64,000 nt of DNA from Mytilus edulis. Lineage: Eukaryota. Shown here piece after piece: positions 23,310-35,480 of the stretch (the stretch's first letter is position 1; each line of letters starts with the position of its first letter). The translations under genes were made by a program, and so were the position numbers. The notes beneath the pieces were generated by a model that saw only the letters and a list, made by a program, of their open reading frames with translations, searched no databases and was not told where the DNA came from. The DNA lies in NCBI RefSeq assembly GCF_963676685.1, contig NC_092352.1:25172001-25236000 (forward strand), written 5' to 3'.

Positions 23310-24164
23310 GCTTATTGAATATAACAAATTGAATATCTGTAAAAAAAAATATAATAATGATATAATATGTATAAAAAACCATATATCCTTTGAATTGTTT
23401 CTCGAATGATGTGTTATAGCGACTTCAATTTTTTTCTAATTGAAATATAAAAATTATATGGGGTCACCGAATTCTTTGAATAAATATTTCAAGTGTTTTA
23501 AGTTCATTGATTCAAAATTGTGTTTCTTAAAGACCCCATTTGAATAGTCAAAATCAATTCAATATGTCATTTTATTGTATACCACTTTAAATTTTGTAAG
23601 ACTAAAACGAAAATTTCATCATCATAACATAGTTTATGATATCCAAAGTGCATGCGAAAAATTTCATAAAATATCTTGTAATCAAACAGCTGATCTGTTA
23701 CCGTGAGCATACGTATTCATTTGTGCAAAATATTACAATCTTTTTACCTTTGATCTACATAGATATAGGAAGATATCGTAGTTTATAAATGTTAGGTATA
23801 CGTCAAATCCGGTAGCATTTGACACAAGAAAGAATATCAAGAGAGCAAACCCGTTAATAATTACTGGTGGACGATGGGGAGTATTTTGGTATTGAAATGA
23901 TTTATAACAATCCTTTCTAAAATAGTCAGTGAATACATTTTGAATTATAAAGAATCTAAGGTTTCAACTCCCTCAGGCAAAGTTGGCCTTCGACGGATTT
24001 TTTTTTATTTTAGTGGGGTTTTTTTTGTCAAATAGCTTCAATTGTTTTTGGTTCTTATATATCCTTTGTTTTCAATTACTTGACCTTGAGCGCTTTTGTC
24101 GAAGGTAAATCTAGAAATGTGCTTCGGTCGTGTGAAATCTTCAGACATTATTAGATTATCAATC

Positions 24165-24860
24165 TGTCATATCGACGGAAGAACTTGTGAATTGATGTCG
24201 ACTGCAGAAATTATAAGGTGATATCGACAGTAAAACGTGGGTAGTGATGTCATCTGTAGAATTTGTGATGTAATGTCAAGAATAGAACTTGTGAAGAGAT
24301 GTCGACAGTAGAACATGTGAGATGATGTCGTCAGTAGAACCTGTGCAGTGATTTCGACAGTAGAACTTTTGAAGGATTGTTGACAGTAAAACACGGCAGT
24401 GATGTCAACAGTAAAACGTGTGAAGTGATGTCAACTGTAGAATTTGTGAAGTGATTTCAACTGTAGAAAGTGTGAAGTGATTTCAACTGTAGAATTTGTG
24501 ACGTGATTTCAACTGTAGAAACTGTGAGAAGATGTCGGCATTAAAACGTGCGAAGTGATTTCAATGATAGAACTTATGAAGAGATGTCGATAGTAGAACT
24601 TGTTAAGTAATGTCGAAGTAGAACGTGTGAAGTGATGTCGACAGTAGAACTTTTGAAGTGATGTCGACGGTAGAAGAGGGGTGAAAGATATTAGAGGAAC
24701 AGTCAAACTCATATATCGAAAACAAGCTGACAACACCATAGCTAAAAAAGAAAAAGACACACAGACAAATAATAGAACACAATACACAACATGTGAAGTA
24801 ATGTCTACAGTAGAACGTGTGAAGCGATGTCGACAGAAGAGGATGTGAAGTGATGACCGC
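24165..24860. repeat. 26-bp minisatellite interrupted by a retroelement-tail fragment (about 24675-24790)
   Basis: Unit GTGATGTCGACAGTAGAACTTGTGAA, with the period of 26 visible at 24421, 24447 and 24473. Confidence 0.85.
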
Positions 24861-26429
24861 CTTATGCTTTCTCATATCCCTATAGATATTAGTAAGATTT
24901 ACTCACGTACTCATCTCCCGTCGTAAAACAACATTTTTCAGCACATGTCATTTGGCCTTTCGGCATGCTTCAACATTATGTTTTGAGCATTTTTAATGAA
25001 AATTAATCTTTAAAAGTTTTAGGACGCATTATATTTATAAATTTATTTTCACTTTTTTAATGTGAGCATCTACATTTTTAAAATAATACATTACGAATCT
25101 ATTTTGAGTATGTGAAAAATCCTAACAAACAAAGATGGCTGTATTATTGGAAATTTAATAATGATTTGTATTGACTGCAATATATGTAGCAAGAAATCCA
25201 TCCGACCTTTAGATAATCTAAAAGCTAATATATGTTTGACCATCTGGACTTTTTGAATTGTAAGTATTTCACCATTTATTTTTAGAGATGAAAAATGCCT
25301 TTCGAAACGACAAATCCATATTATTCAACACCATATATTTTAATGGTATAACATATTACACCCCCGATCAATAGGCATTGAAGGAGATATTGGGTTGAGT
25401 AAAAAAAGTAAACAGCAACAAAATAAAACAAGAAATCAATTAAGTTTAAAAGAGTATCGCTCTTTATAAAATCGAACCAAAATATTGTATTAAATAACAT
25501 TTACTGATATCAAAATTGTGTTTTGAGGTATTGTTATATTTTTGTTCACCTCAATTCAAATCTACACACTTTTTGTTCACCTCAATTCAAATCTACACAG
25601 TTTTTGTTCAACTCAATGAAAATCTACAAATATAAAAATTGAAAATATCATTTAAATATTGATACATATTGAAAAATAGATGAGGTAAATCAGAGAGCAA
25701 TTCAAAATAATCTGAAATGAGACATTTAATGATTACAACTTTGGAAACGCTGAAAATCAGACGAAAGAGCATCAAGACCTTCTAGAAACAATTTTATCGT
25801 ATATTATAATAAAAAGTTATATAGCCTACAGCCGGTTATTGTTTATTTATTAGTACACATTGGTAGGAAATTATCCAATCAAATTGCATCTCGTTCTTAT
25901 TTACAGATGTTAGAATAATTGGCAAAAAATTGCAAAGTAATGCGTTAGCTTTGCTGCGGTTTCAGGATATACAATATTAAGACTCTATTTTTGGTTCGAT
26001 AGAATCGTTTTATTGATATAGGTAATGAATTGCATGTAGTTTGTTGCTATATAAGGAAATAAGACAACCTACATTTAAATGTTATAACTCTGATATAATG
26101 GTACTTTCTTGAAGGCGGTATTATTAAAATAGAAAAATACAACCACTTAAAATTGTATGCACAAGTGTCAATATTACAACGGGAAAATACTAAAACGGGC
26201 AATTGAAATAGATAATAACATTCTAACTTTATTAGGACACTTTAGTAGGAGAGAATCCATCTTTTTTCAAATAACATTCCCACTTGTTTAAACTATCTTG
26301 ACAAGTTTGTTTCGTGTGTTTATTGTTTTAACTCAATGTGCTGATCTTTATACCTTGTAAAAAGGTATAAAAAAAAAAGGATCTACTTACAATTCCGAAG
26401 CACTTGAGATCCCCGCCAATTTTTGGAAG

Positions 26430-26760
26430 TGATCGACAAAAGGAATGATTTTAACTTTCCAATCCTGACCTGATCATTTCTATGTTGCAACATTCCAGCA
26501 GCGTCTGTATGTATGGAGAATGTATCTCCCAGTTGATGTTTGTGTCTTTTAGCATGATTTACTTGATATAAGTTTGCTGATTAAGGGGTAATTATATTGA
26601 ACCGTGCGTTCCAACTGATAAAGATGAAGAAATCCCTTCGAAGTGTTTACGATTTAATTGATCTTTACGGAAAATCTGTGTCACAGATGGCCATAGAAGT
26701 GTTGAGATTGTCGTAGTGACATTGCTGTTCCTTTTCCGCCACAGTTACATCATCGATTGA
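26430..26760 (+). mobile_element. Highly degraded Penelope-like RT 3' fragment (similar fragment at about 38285-38470)
   Basis: GACAAAAGGAATGATTTTAACTTTCCAATC...CAACATTCCAGCAGCG resembles DKRDDFNFPI...NIPAA. Confidence 0.55.
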
Positions 26761-27374
26761 GATTAATCACCGAATGTGTACTTTCATGTAGTGTTATACA
26801 TACATGTAATACACTTGTGGTTGCACAAGGACATGCTTTTTCTTCGAGTGTTAAATGTCTTTGCGTTAAATTCCACTAGATGTGTACTTTTGATAATTTG
26901 TGTCCAGGAATACATCAGATATCTAAAGTTTCAATTTACTACAATAATTGCGCCTATATTTAGATTGTAATATTGTTTTGTTTTTTATTCTGAATGTGTC
27001 TATATTTCAAGTCGATCTGTTGAGTCAGTCACTTTCAAAATTTATTTTAGTTTACAGCTTTTTTGTTATTGACAACCCTCCATATTCTTTATAACACGAT
27101 CCTGTAATTCAGCTATTTTCGTATGTTGTTATCTAGGAAATTTGTTTTTCGTTTATTGTGTTTAGCTTCAGGTTTTGTCATACCGAAACCTAAGCCAAAC
27201 TATAATGATGTTACGCCATGTTGAAGGATGCACGGTGATTCATATATAGTCGACCTTAGTTTTCTTATTGGCACTCATACCACAGCTCCTTACTTGTTAT
27301 GATAAATATCAATACTCTACATCATCACATAGTATACTTTATATACTTTACTGTACACCTAGTACATATTTAAT

Positions 27375-27515
27375 TAGGGGCCAGCTGAAGGACGCCTCCG
27401 GGTGCGGGAATTTCTCGCTACATTGAAGACCTGTTGGTGACCTTCTGCTGTTGTTTTTTCTATGGTCGGGTTGTTGTCTCTTTGGCACATTCCCCATTTC
27501 CATTCTCAATTTTAC
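27375..27515 (+). repeat. Dispersed repeat family A (3' terminal module of Penelope-like elements); other copies at about 15505-15780, 30360-30760, 36830-37620, 43710-44350 and 61620-61820
   Basis: GGGGCCAGCTGAAGGACGCCTCCGGGTGCGGGAATTTCTCGC...TTGAAGACC...GGTGACCTTC...CATTCCCCATTTCCATTCTCAATTTTA. At 43.7-44.35 kb it directly follows PLE coding sequence. Confidence 0.8.
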
Positions 27516-29036
27516 CTAATAAAATAGCATATTTACTATCATGTGTAATTCAAATCTTTGAAAAGCCTTTCTCCCGATGTAGAAAAATTGCACTGTTTTA
27601 ATAAGTAAGAAATAAAATGCGAAGTTAAATTAAAAAAAATACAGAACTCCGAGGAAAAATTAAAACGTAAAGTCTCTGATAAAACGGAAAATATCCAAAT
27701 TATACCAACGATCTGCGATGTACCCTTTCACGCAAAAATATCTCTTACGATAAAAATCAGGCTAAAATTTTCACTTTTGAACATTTCTTTTCGAGTATGA
27801 TTTTTAATGAAATAAAGGTACCAAAAAACTTGATGCGACTGTCATAAAAGTGTGAGGTTTAGCTAGCTTAAACCAGGTTTTATCCACCCTTTTCGACATA
27901 AGTAAATGCCTGTACCAAGTTAGTTTTCCATCAATTTAATGTGTTTGAGCTTTGATAATTTGCCATTTTATAAGAGATTTTTCGTTTGGACAAGACAAGA
28001 CAAGATAATTTATTACAACTTAGGCACACGTATGGTGCTACAAGAGGATAACAATTATACATTAACAATTGGGGTGCAGTGTTTTTGTGATTTTAACTCG
28101 CACTGTCAAAATAATTTTTTAAACCTTAAAATTGAACTTAAACAGACATGGAAAAATCCATTTGTAAAAGGTCAATATATCTATTTATATGTATGTTGAT
28201 GATTATATCGTGTTATGTGACCGTCGGTTGTTTTCGGGGTCATCTCGATAGTTAGTTAGATGGCGTCTAGACTAAAATGCACATGACACGAAGCTACATA
28301 TTATCGAGTCCATGCACTGTTAATTGTTTATTTTAGACTTTTTAAAATTTGTATAAATGTTTTACATTGTTATAAATCTAATATGAGAATTTGAGTCAAA
28401 TTGGTGAATTTTACAGCAAGTGTCTCTTTAAAAACAAATCTGAATTCTATATCAAACCGCATTTTCTAAATAAGACATTGTATTCAGCTGTTTATGCCAC
28501 GGATAAAAGCAACAAGATAGCATGCCCTTCTTAAGTCTTCCATTCTCAAATTAGTCGTGTTAATATAACGAGTCCACTGTTGCTGATGTTGATCTGCAGT
28601 CTCTCTTTCTGTACTTTAAGAAATAAATACGTTCATTAGTATGCATAATGCATCAAAAGGCAGAGTAACACACATTTTGAAAATAATATTTTTTTAAATT
28701 TTAGTATATTAAGTAGGCAAAACTAAAAGGAAAGGTTAATTTCAAATAGTCTGTTTGTCTGATATCTAACTGCTATTTTTTATCTTTTTGTACATAGTTC
28801 TGTTGAGATATCTGACGATCTTGTTAGTTTAGGGTTTTACATTTTCGAATATATAAGCAATTTTCTCCTAAATAATTCCAAAATAAATGTTATTGAAATT
28901 CCAAGCAAAAAACACAGAACGATGACTGTTTAATTGACTTGACATTATAAAATTAATGCGAATGCCAAACTTTTATGAGAATATATTCATTTCCCACACT
29001 TTAACTATGAGATTTATTAATTGTATGTTGACTTAC

Positions 29037-29091
29037 ATTATGAAGTGATGCCCAGTGTAATACCTATTGTAAGAACAACACAGAATACTAG
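29037..29091 (-). CDS. Transmembrane-anchor exon of HEPN-like copy 3
   Basis: Strong acceptor TTCCTTAACTTTAATACTTACAG| and perfect donor |GTAAGT. Phase 0 gives LVFCVVLTIGITLGITS* (TAA 29040-29038). A homologous 55-nt exon lies at 57314-57368. Confidence 0.8.
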
Positions 29092-32000
29092 CTGTAAGTA
29101 TTAAAGTTAAGGAAATTGTAATTATAATGCATTGTATTGTCAAACAATATGATCATTTCAATGAGAAAAATATCCGCAAAGTTATCAAAGTTCAAGGTCG
29201 TTAAACAACTACAGAACGGTCTTCGAAAGTTATCATAACACTAATTTATACATTGCGTAGGACTGTTATTTTTCTCTGATGAAATTATATTAGAGAGGAT
29301 GGAAATAAACTTACAACGCCATTGCACATAAAGAAAACGACCAAAAGACCAACAGCAGTATACAAAACGCAAAGCTCCTGCTTCTTGAGTGGCACCCGTC
29401 GTGTTGCTTATGCAAGTACAAACCCAGTATATATTAGTTGAATTCGTTGGGTCAACGTCGGGCAAAAATAGGTCGGGATTGTAGTTACGACAATTGGAAA
29501 AAGAGAATGGAAATAGGGAATTGGTCGAACATAAGCCAATTAAAATAAACACACAAAATTAATATGTGAAATAATAACGGTCAACTCGTGATGGCGTATG
29601 TTAAGTTTTGAAATGTTATTGTGAATGCAACAGATATAAGAAGGCTAATAAGATATTATTTAACTAAAACCAATTCGAGCATTGACATGTTACGCAACGC
29701 TCTTCTTCGACAGACAATGACCCTACTGCTTCAAATAATAGATGGCACATTGCATACAGAACAAGACACGAAAAACGCCATAACAGCCGTTTCTGTTTTC
29801 TTTCCGAAGCAAAAATCTGTCATTGTTTTAATTACTGAGGACTTTCATAAATATTCTATAGTATTTACACGAACTTATTCCATTAATTTCCATTGACTTC
29901 CTAAATACAAAACTACCCAAGCACGATTCATATAAGAGCTTTCTAAGTATTTTTTACATGGCATTTTATCTTTATATTAACTGCTTTCCTCACAATTCAT
30001 GTAAAGGATACGGCACTTATCGATAGAAGTATTGTATAACATACATTTCTGCACTCCTGCAAAACAGAAAAAGCTAAATTAATAAACTATCATAACATAT
30101 TGAACAAATCAGTAAGAGTCCTATTCTTAAATTTTGTTAAGACACGTTCAAGAAAAGCACTTAGTTACTACCTACTTAACAGAGCAAAAACTCGTACTTT
30201 CAGTTTAAGGTCTGGAGAAAAACTTTAATTTCAGTATTAAAACTTTAAAATCAAAAGTATGAGTAAATCTATGATTTTAAAATTGTAAACATTGATTTTT
30301 TTTAAATCCAAGTTTTTAGACTTTGTATCATTGTCATATTGTTTAGGGTTTTTTTTTTTGTTACTTATTCTGACATCGGACTTCTTTTAACTGAGTTTTA
30401 CTGTGCGTGTTGCTGTGCGTTTGTTTTTTCTACATGGGCTTGAGGAATAGGGGGAGAGTTGAGATCTCAAAAACATGTGTAACCCCGCCGCATTTGTGCG
30501 CCTGTCCCAAACCAGGAGTCTCTGGCCTAATTAGTCTTGTATGATTTTGAATTATAGTTTCTTTTGTATATTTCGGAGTTTAGTATGACGTCCATTAATA
30601 CTAACCTAGTACACATTTTTGTTTAGGGGCCAGCTGAAGCACGCCTCCAGGTGCGGGAATTTCACGCTGCGTTGAAGACCAATTGGTGGCCTTAGGTTGT
30701 TGTCTGCTATCTCGTCGGGTTGTTGTCTCTTTGACACGTTACCCATTTCCATTATAAATTGTAATAAAACTCCCGTTAATATTGTTACAAATAAAAATAG
30801 TGAGCATATATACATATAGTCTCTTAAACGGTTGAGTTGGATCATTATTTAAGGCCGTATAGTAACCTGTAGATAATACCATCCTCGTCCTTCGGTGTCT
30901 GGTCTCGTAGGCAATCATAACATATCTTATTTTTATACGATTTTTCATTTACATAAAAAAAAAACGTCTATATATCATTGTATTGACAAATTTTATCAAA
31001 ACAAAGATATTAAAAAAACAAAAATGTGTGTCGACAAGAAATGATACCTCGCTCACACTATCACACTACCTAGTTCAGTGAACCACAGAATCTTGATCAA
31101 AATGCTTATTCGACAATTTTTATAAAACGCCCACATTCTGATGAACAGCAACACAAAATAATCTTCCCAAAATTTATCCTGATGTCATCATGAGATTTGA
31201 TATCTCTCATATTGATTAGTTTCACTGATGAAAGTTTCATTTGCAGCTTATTCTCTGTAATTTGTAGAAATGTTGACGTGACCAATTTAAAGATAGAGCA
31301 GAATTTACAGACACTATTTTTAGTTGTAGAAATTTAAAAGTATCTAGGTTGTAAAACTACAAACACATTTTATAAATTACAACATGTACATTCGTTCATG
31401 TTAAACATGTAGAATCCTTACCAGAGGTGATGTCTGAATTATCTTTAGCTACATAATTGATCATAACTGTATCACAAATTCCACTTGTTGTTTTGTCCAA
31501 TCTACAGCCGTATTAGTAAAACTTCAATCATGCTCTTTTGTCCTAAGGGCTGTTTAAATGTTCTACACATCCCTTAAATTTTTATAACAAAATATGCCAC
31601 TAATTTCTATCACTTGAGTTTCAGCAAACATTCATTAATTAGTAAAGACACCTTTATTTTTGATATGGGCTACTGTCAAAATGAAAATCGAAGAAATTGT
31701 AAAAATCAATTTATCTATCAAATTACCCATAGCCAGAAATTTGTAGTACTTTTGCTAATTAATATTCATAATATGTAAATGAGAATTGTACCACGTGATA
31801 ATAGTTTGAACTGGAATGGGTTGATATCATTAAAATCTTTAAAACACGGATATTATAAGTTGCCCGTCACAAAGCCTTGATTATAATCACTCTGATATTT
31901 CCGTAAAGGGAAAACGGTACTATTTATTCTGCCATAGGCGACAATACTAACAATTCCTAAATTTACCACTTTTTATAATAAAAACCTGAATAAAACAGTT

Positions 32001-32944
32001 ATGTGTGGTGTTAGTACTTTATTATTCTATTTTAAAAATTAAAGCCAAATAGTATCATGACCAATTTCCAACGGAGCTTGTTTATGTTATCCATGCCCAC
32101 CGTCATTTTACAACAAATTTTGGAAATTTTGGAAGCCTTTTCGAATAATTCTCTAGAAAATATTTCAATAGGTTTTTAAATTTATATTGGAAATTTACAC
32201 ACTGCAGTTATTCATAGATAATTAAAAAAATATATTGTACCCTTACATCCAATCACAGCGCTCCTAATTTGACTTCCTTCACCTGCCTTGGGTACACAAA
32301 AGGCCAACCTAATGCTGGGAAAATGTAATACTACCGTTTTCCCTAAAGTTGTCAGGCGGTCAAAATCAAAACAATGAACACGAATTTAGTGAATTTTTCA
32401 TGTTTTTGTGAGGGTTTTTTTTTCTTGAAATAGGGGCATTTTAACTTTACGTGGGAACCTAAAGTTCAACGACTACACATACAAGGTTTAAACTTGCTTA
32501 TTCTCTGAACATTTAAGTTTCAAGTTTTATCCCGGCAACCTGTTTTTGTAACGACCTTGTTAGCCAATTTTCAACACGAAGTTTGCAAATTTGACGTTTC
32601 AGCCATTTTAGCCTGTATTTAATACTGCAATGTTAAAAGCCTCTCTCTTCAATTTTTAAAATAGCTCAGGAACCTTGATTTTTGCAACAACAGTCATTAT
32701 GTTTCGTTTAAATTGTGTTTATTGTTATGTATATTTACTTTCTGTCCCGGCAACCTATCTATCACTTAAATCATGGAAGTAATATTACTTCCATGCTTAA
32801 ATTAAAGTTAAAACACACATTTTTTTTTATTTCCCTATCATTTCAATATAATTCCCGTGACCCGTATTCGATTTCTTTAGTATAATATTCAAATAGGCAA
32901 GGTGGCGTTGATTTCTGGACATGCTGAACTTTAATTAGCCTCTA

Positions 32945-33125
32945 GTGAGGGGGATATGACCTTTATCGGGACTCCAGGATCGGGTGTTTTTAAGCTCAGG
33001 ATTTCGGGATTGACCCTTTCGGGATCCAAGAATTCTGTTTTTGGAATATCGGGATGTCGGGACCTCGGGATTTCGTCTTTTTAAGCCTGGGATTTCGGGA
33101 TCAGGACCCCTCATACCCACTCTCT
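32945..33125. mobile_element. Small MITE-like repeat with GGGATTTCGGGA subrepeats (second copy at 41277-41457)
   Basis: Near-identical GGACTCC.GGATCGGGTGTTTTTAAGCTC.GGATTTCGGGATTGACCCTTTCGG at both sites. Confidence 0.7.
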
Positions 33126-33398
33126 AAGGATGTACCTTAATGATATAATATTTTATGTGGAAACTAACTTCCATAAAGATTAAATCAATAGTCTAGATTA
33201 CAATTTCTCATTCGTGTCTTTTTTGCACTGGATTTGATTCACTACGTCTTCAATTACACACAAGGTAAAACGGACATACCAGACATGAATTGTGTTTTGT
33301 CTTGTAACCCATTGTATTCAGGAATGAAAAATTGCAACGACCAAATATTTTTTTCTGCTCTCAAATTGATGGAAAAAAATCTTTACATATATTATTAC

Positions 33399-33989
33399 CC
33401 TGTCATCTATAGCAGTGGGAGTTATAGCAGTGGGAGTAGGTATGCGGTTTACTTCATCTATCTGCTGCCGAGTAACACCTAGGACCACTAAACTGTCTGT
33501 TGTTGTTTTCCATTTGGTCTGAAATTCACTGTACGGAACTATTCCTGTTCTTATAACCTGCATCTCCTGATTGAACACATTCAATCTCTTCACTGCTTCA
33601 ATGTTCGATCCATTAATCATTGAGCATTCGATTATAAGGAAACATATAACATTCAGATTTAGATTCCGAAATGTTGTGCATGATGTTATAACTTTACAAA
33701 TACATCCTGACTTCCTGCAACTATTTGTTTTTTCGTCTTTATACAAGAAACTCCATTGTCTTTTGGTCAATGTTGCCGATATAGAGTATGCACAGTCAGC
33801 ATGCAGTGCACAGCAAGTTATATTGACACGAAAACAGTGCATAATGCGATGTTTGTTTGTCTCTAGGAATTGGTAGAACGACACTCTATTTTCTCGTAGA
33901 TGATTTTCGAGTATCTTTTCACACGTTGGATGAACTAATTGATTTAGTAATTTATTCAGACGCTCGTAATTTTGCTGTTCTGATGCCAT
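33399..33989 (-). CDS. HEPN (DZIP3-type)-like protein, copy 3, main exon (197 codons; 214 aa with the TM exon)
   Basis: Acceptor GTTAG|AAAC ATG; donor AGG|GTAATA, phase 0; intact frame. The RxxxxH position reads NQEMQV. Confidence 0.85.
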
Positions 33990-34524
33990 GTTTCTAACAT
34001 CGACAAAAATAAAAATAAATTATAATTACATAAGTATAAAATATTAACTTATTGGTCGTGCCGGTGTCTATCTGTACTGTTTATGCAGGTGCTGTATGAA
34101 ACTTAACCCGAAAGACAGCTGCCGAAAATAAAGGTGGCATAGTATGTACTTTATGCTTACTTTCATAGAATCCGAACATTCTTTAATACTGATATTTTAT
34201 GTATTGTGTCATTGTATCTGGGTTTTTTTTACCATTGTTTATCATATATGCGGTGAGGTTCTATTTTTCAAACTAATTTTCATTGCCTTTTTTATTCCTT
34301 TTGATACCCACCCCACTGCTCGAAATGAAAAGCAGGATGTTTGAGTGTTTTTAAAAAAAAAAGTTTTACACCCGCTCAATGTGCATGCGGCTTTTTCTTA
34401 ACATATTCTTTCTGTTCCTATCTTAAAGTATACGTTGTCTTATTGAAATATTCCCCATTTCCCTTCTCAATTTTCTGTTGCTTTGAAATTCTAAAAATGA
34501 ATATATATATTTGAAAGCTCTTAC

Positions 34525-34655
34525 CTTTATTTTTGTGTTCAATATTCCATAACCTTTATATTTATAAATAGTTTGACCTTTTACATTATTTTTTTTAGAA
34601 TTGTGTAAGACTTAGCAAGTGATCCACATAAGTGAATTTTGATTGTTTTAATTGT
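34525..34655 (-). promoter_or_regulatory. Putative promoter and non-coding first exon of copy 3
   Basis: Donor AAG|GTAAGA at 34524, TATAAATA on the minus strand at about 34558-34565, AAAGGTCA at 34574-34581. Confidence 0.5.
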
Positions 34656-35339
34656 TGTATTTAAATTTTGCATATTTAATAAAGGAAATTAGTCGTACCA
34701 GCGTAATGTTAAAATAAAATTGGACTAAATTGTAATCGGAACCTTTTAAATATGTCTCTGTTATACTTATACACATGGGTGTTAAAACACCAAATTTCTA
34801 AAAGGAAAAGTACTAATTGCCTTCAGTTTATAAATTATGATAATGTGCAAAAGTCATTTCAGCTTTCAGTCCAGGTATAAGAAGACAGACAGACAAGTTG
34901 TGTCGACATAAATGCCTAATATTCAAGCACTTCCGGCGTCAATGCGAAGTTTGCTTCATATGTAGTTCTTGGTCTTGTCACATATAGGAAAATTACAAAA
35001 CCGTTGAAAATATCAGATCTTCGATAGGGGGCATGGGATATCGTATAAATGTAGGACTCGGAGGTGCGTTAGGGACTCGGAGGTGCGTTAGGGACGCTGA
35101 AGTGCGATGGTCACGCTTTAGTGCGATGGTCTACGCCGAAGTGCGATGGTCCGTACGCTAATGTGCGATGGTCTATATATGTTGTTATTTATAGTTTTAT
35201 GCTTAATGAGAGAACGTTCTCTTTAAATTTTCTGTATGAAGATATTTTCTGCGTTAATATTTATATTTGTTTTCGTTCATTTTTTGTACATAAATAAAGC
35301 TGTTAGTTTTCTCGTTTAAATTGTTTTACGTAGTCATTT

Positions 35340-35480
35340 CGGGGCCTGTTATAGCTGACTATGTGGTATGGGCTTTGCTCATTGTTGAAGGCCGTACGGT
35401 GACCTATAGTTGTTAATTTCTGTGTCATGTAGGTCTATTGTGGAGAGTTGTGTCATTGGTAATCATACCACATCTTCACA
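35340..35480 (+). repeat. Dispersed repeat family B (other copies at 10990-11230 on the minus strand, about 4760-4900 and 59720-59800)
   Basis: TATAGCTGACTATG.GGTATGGGCTTTGCTCATTGTTGAAGGCCGTACGGTGACCTATAG...AATCATACCACATC. Confidence 0.8.

Noticed and set aside
24165-24875. ORFs 24167-24394, 24509-24787 and 24603-24875, and a possible repeat-spacer array
   Set aside because: Translations of a 26-bp minisatellite whose period is not a multiple of 3; no unique spacers.
25540-25630. Three copies of a roughly 31-bp unit; also (TA)n at 23276-23305 and short repeats at 35054-35173
   Set aside because: Ordinary local slippage repeats or transposon subterminal repeats with no further signal.
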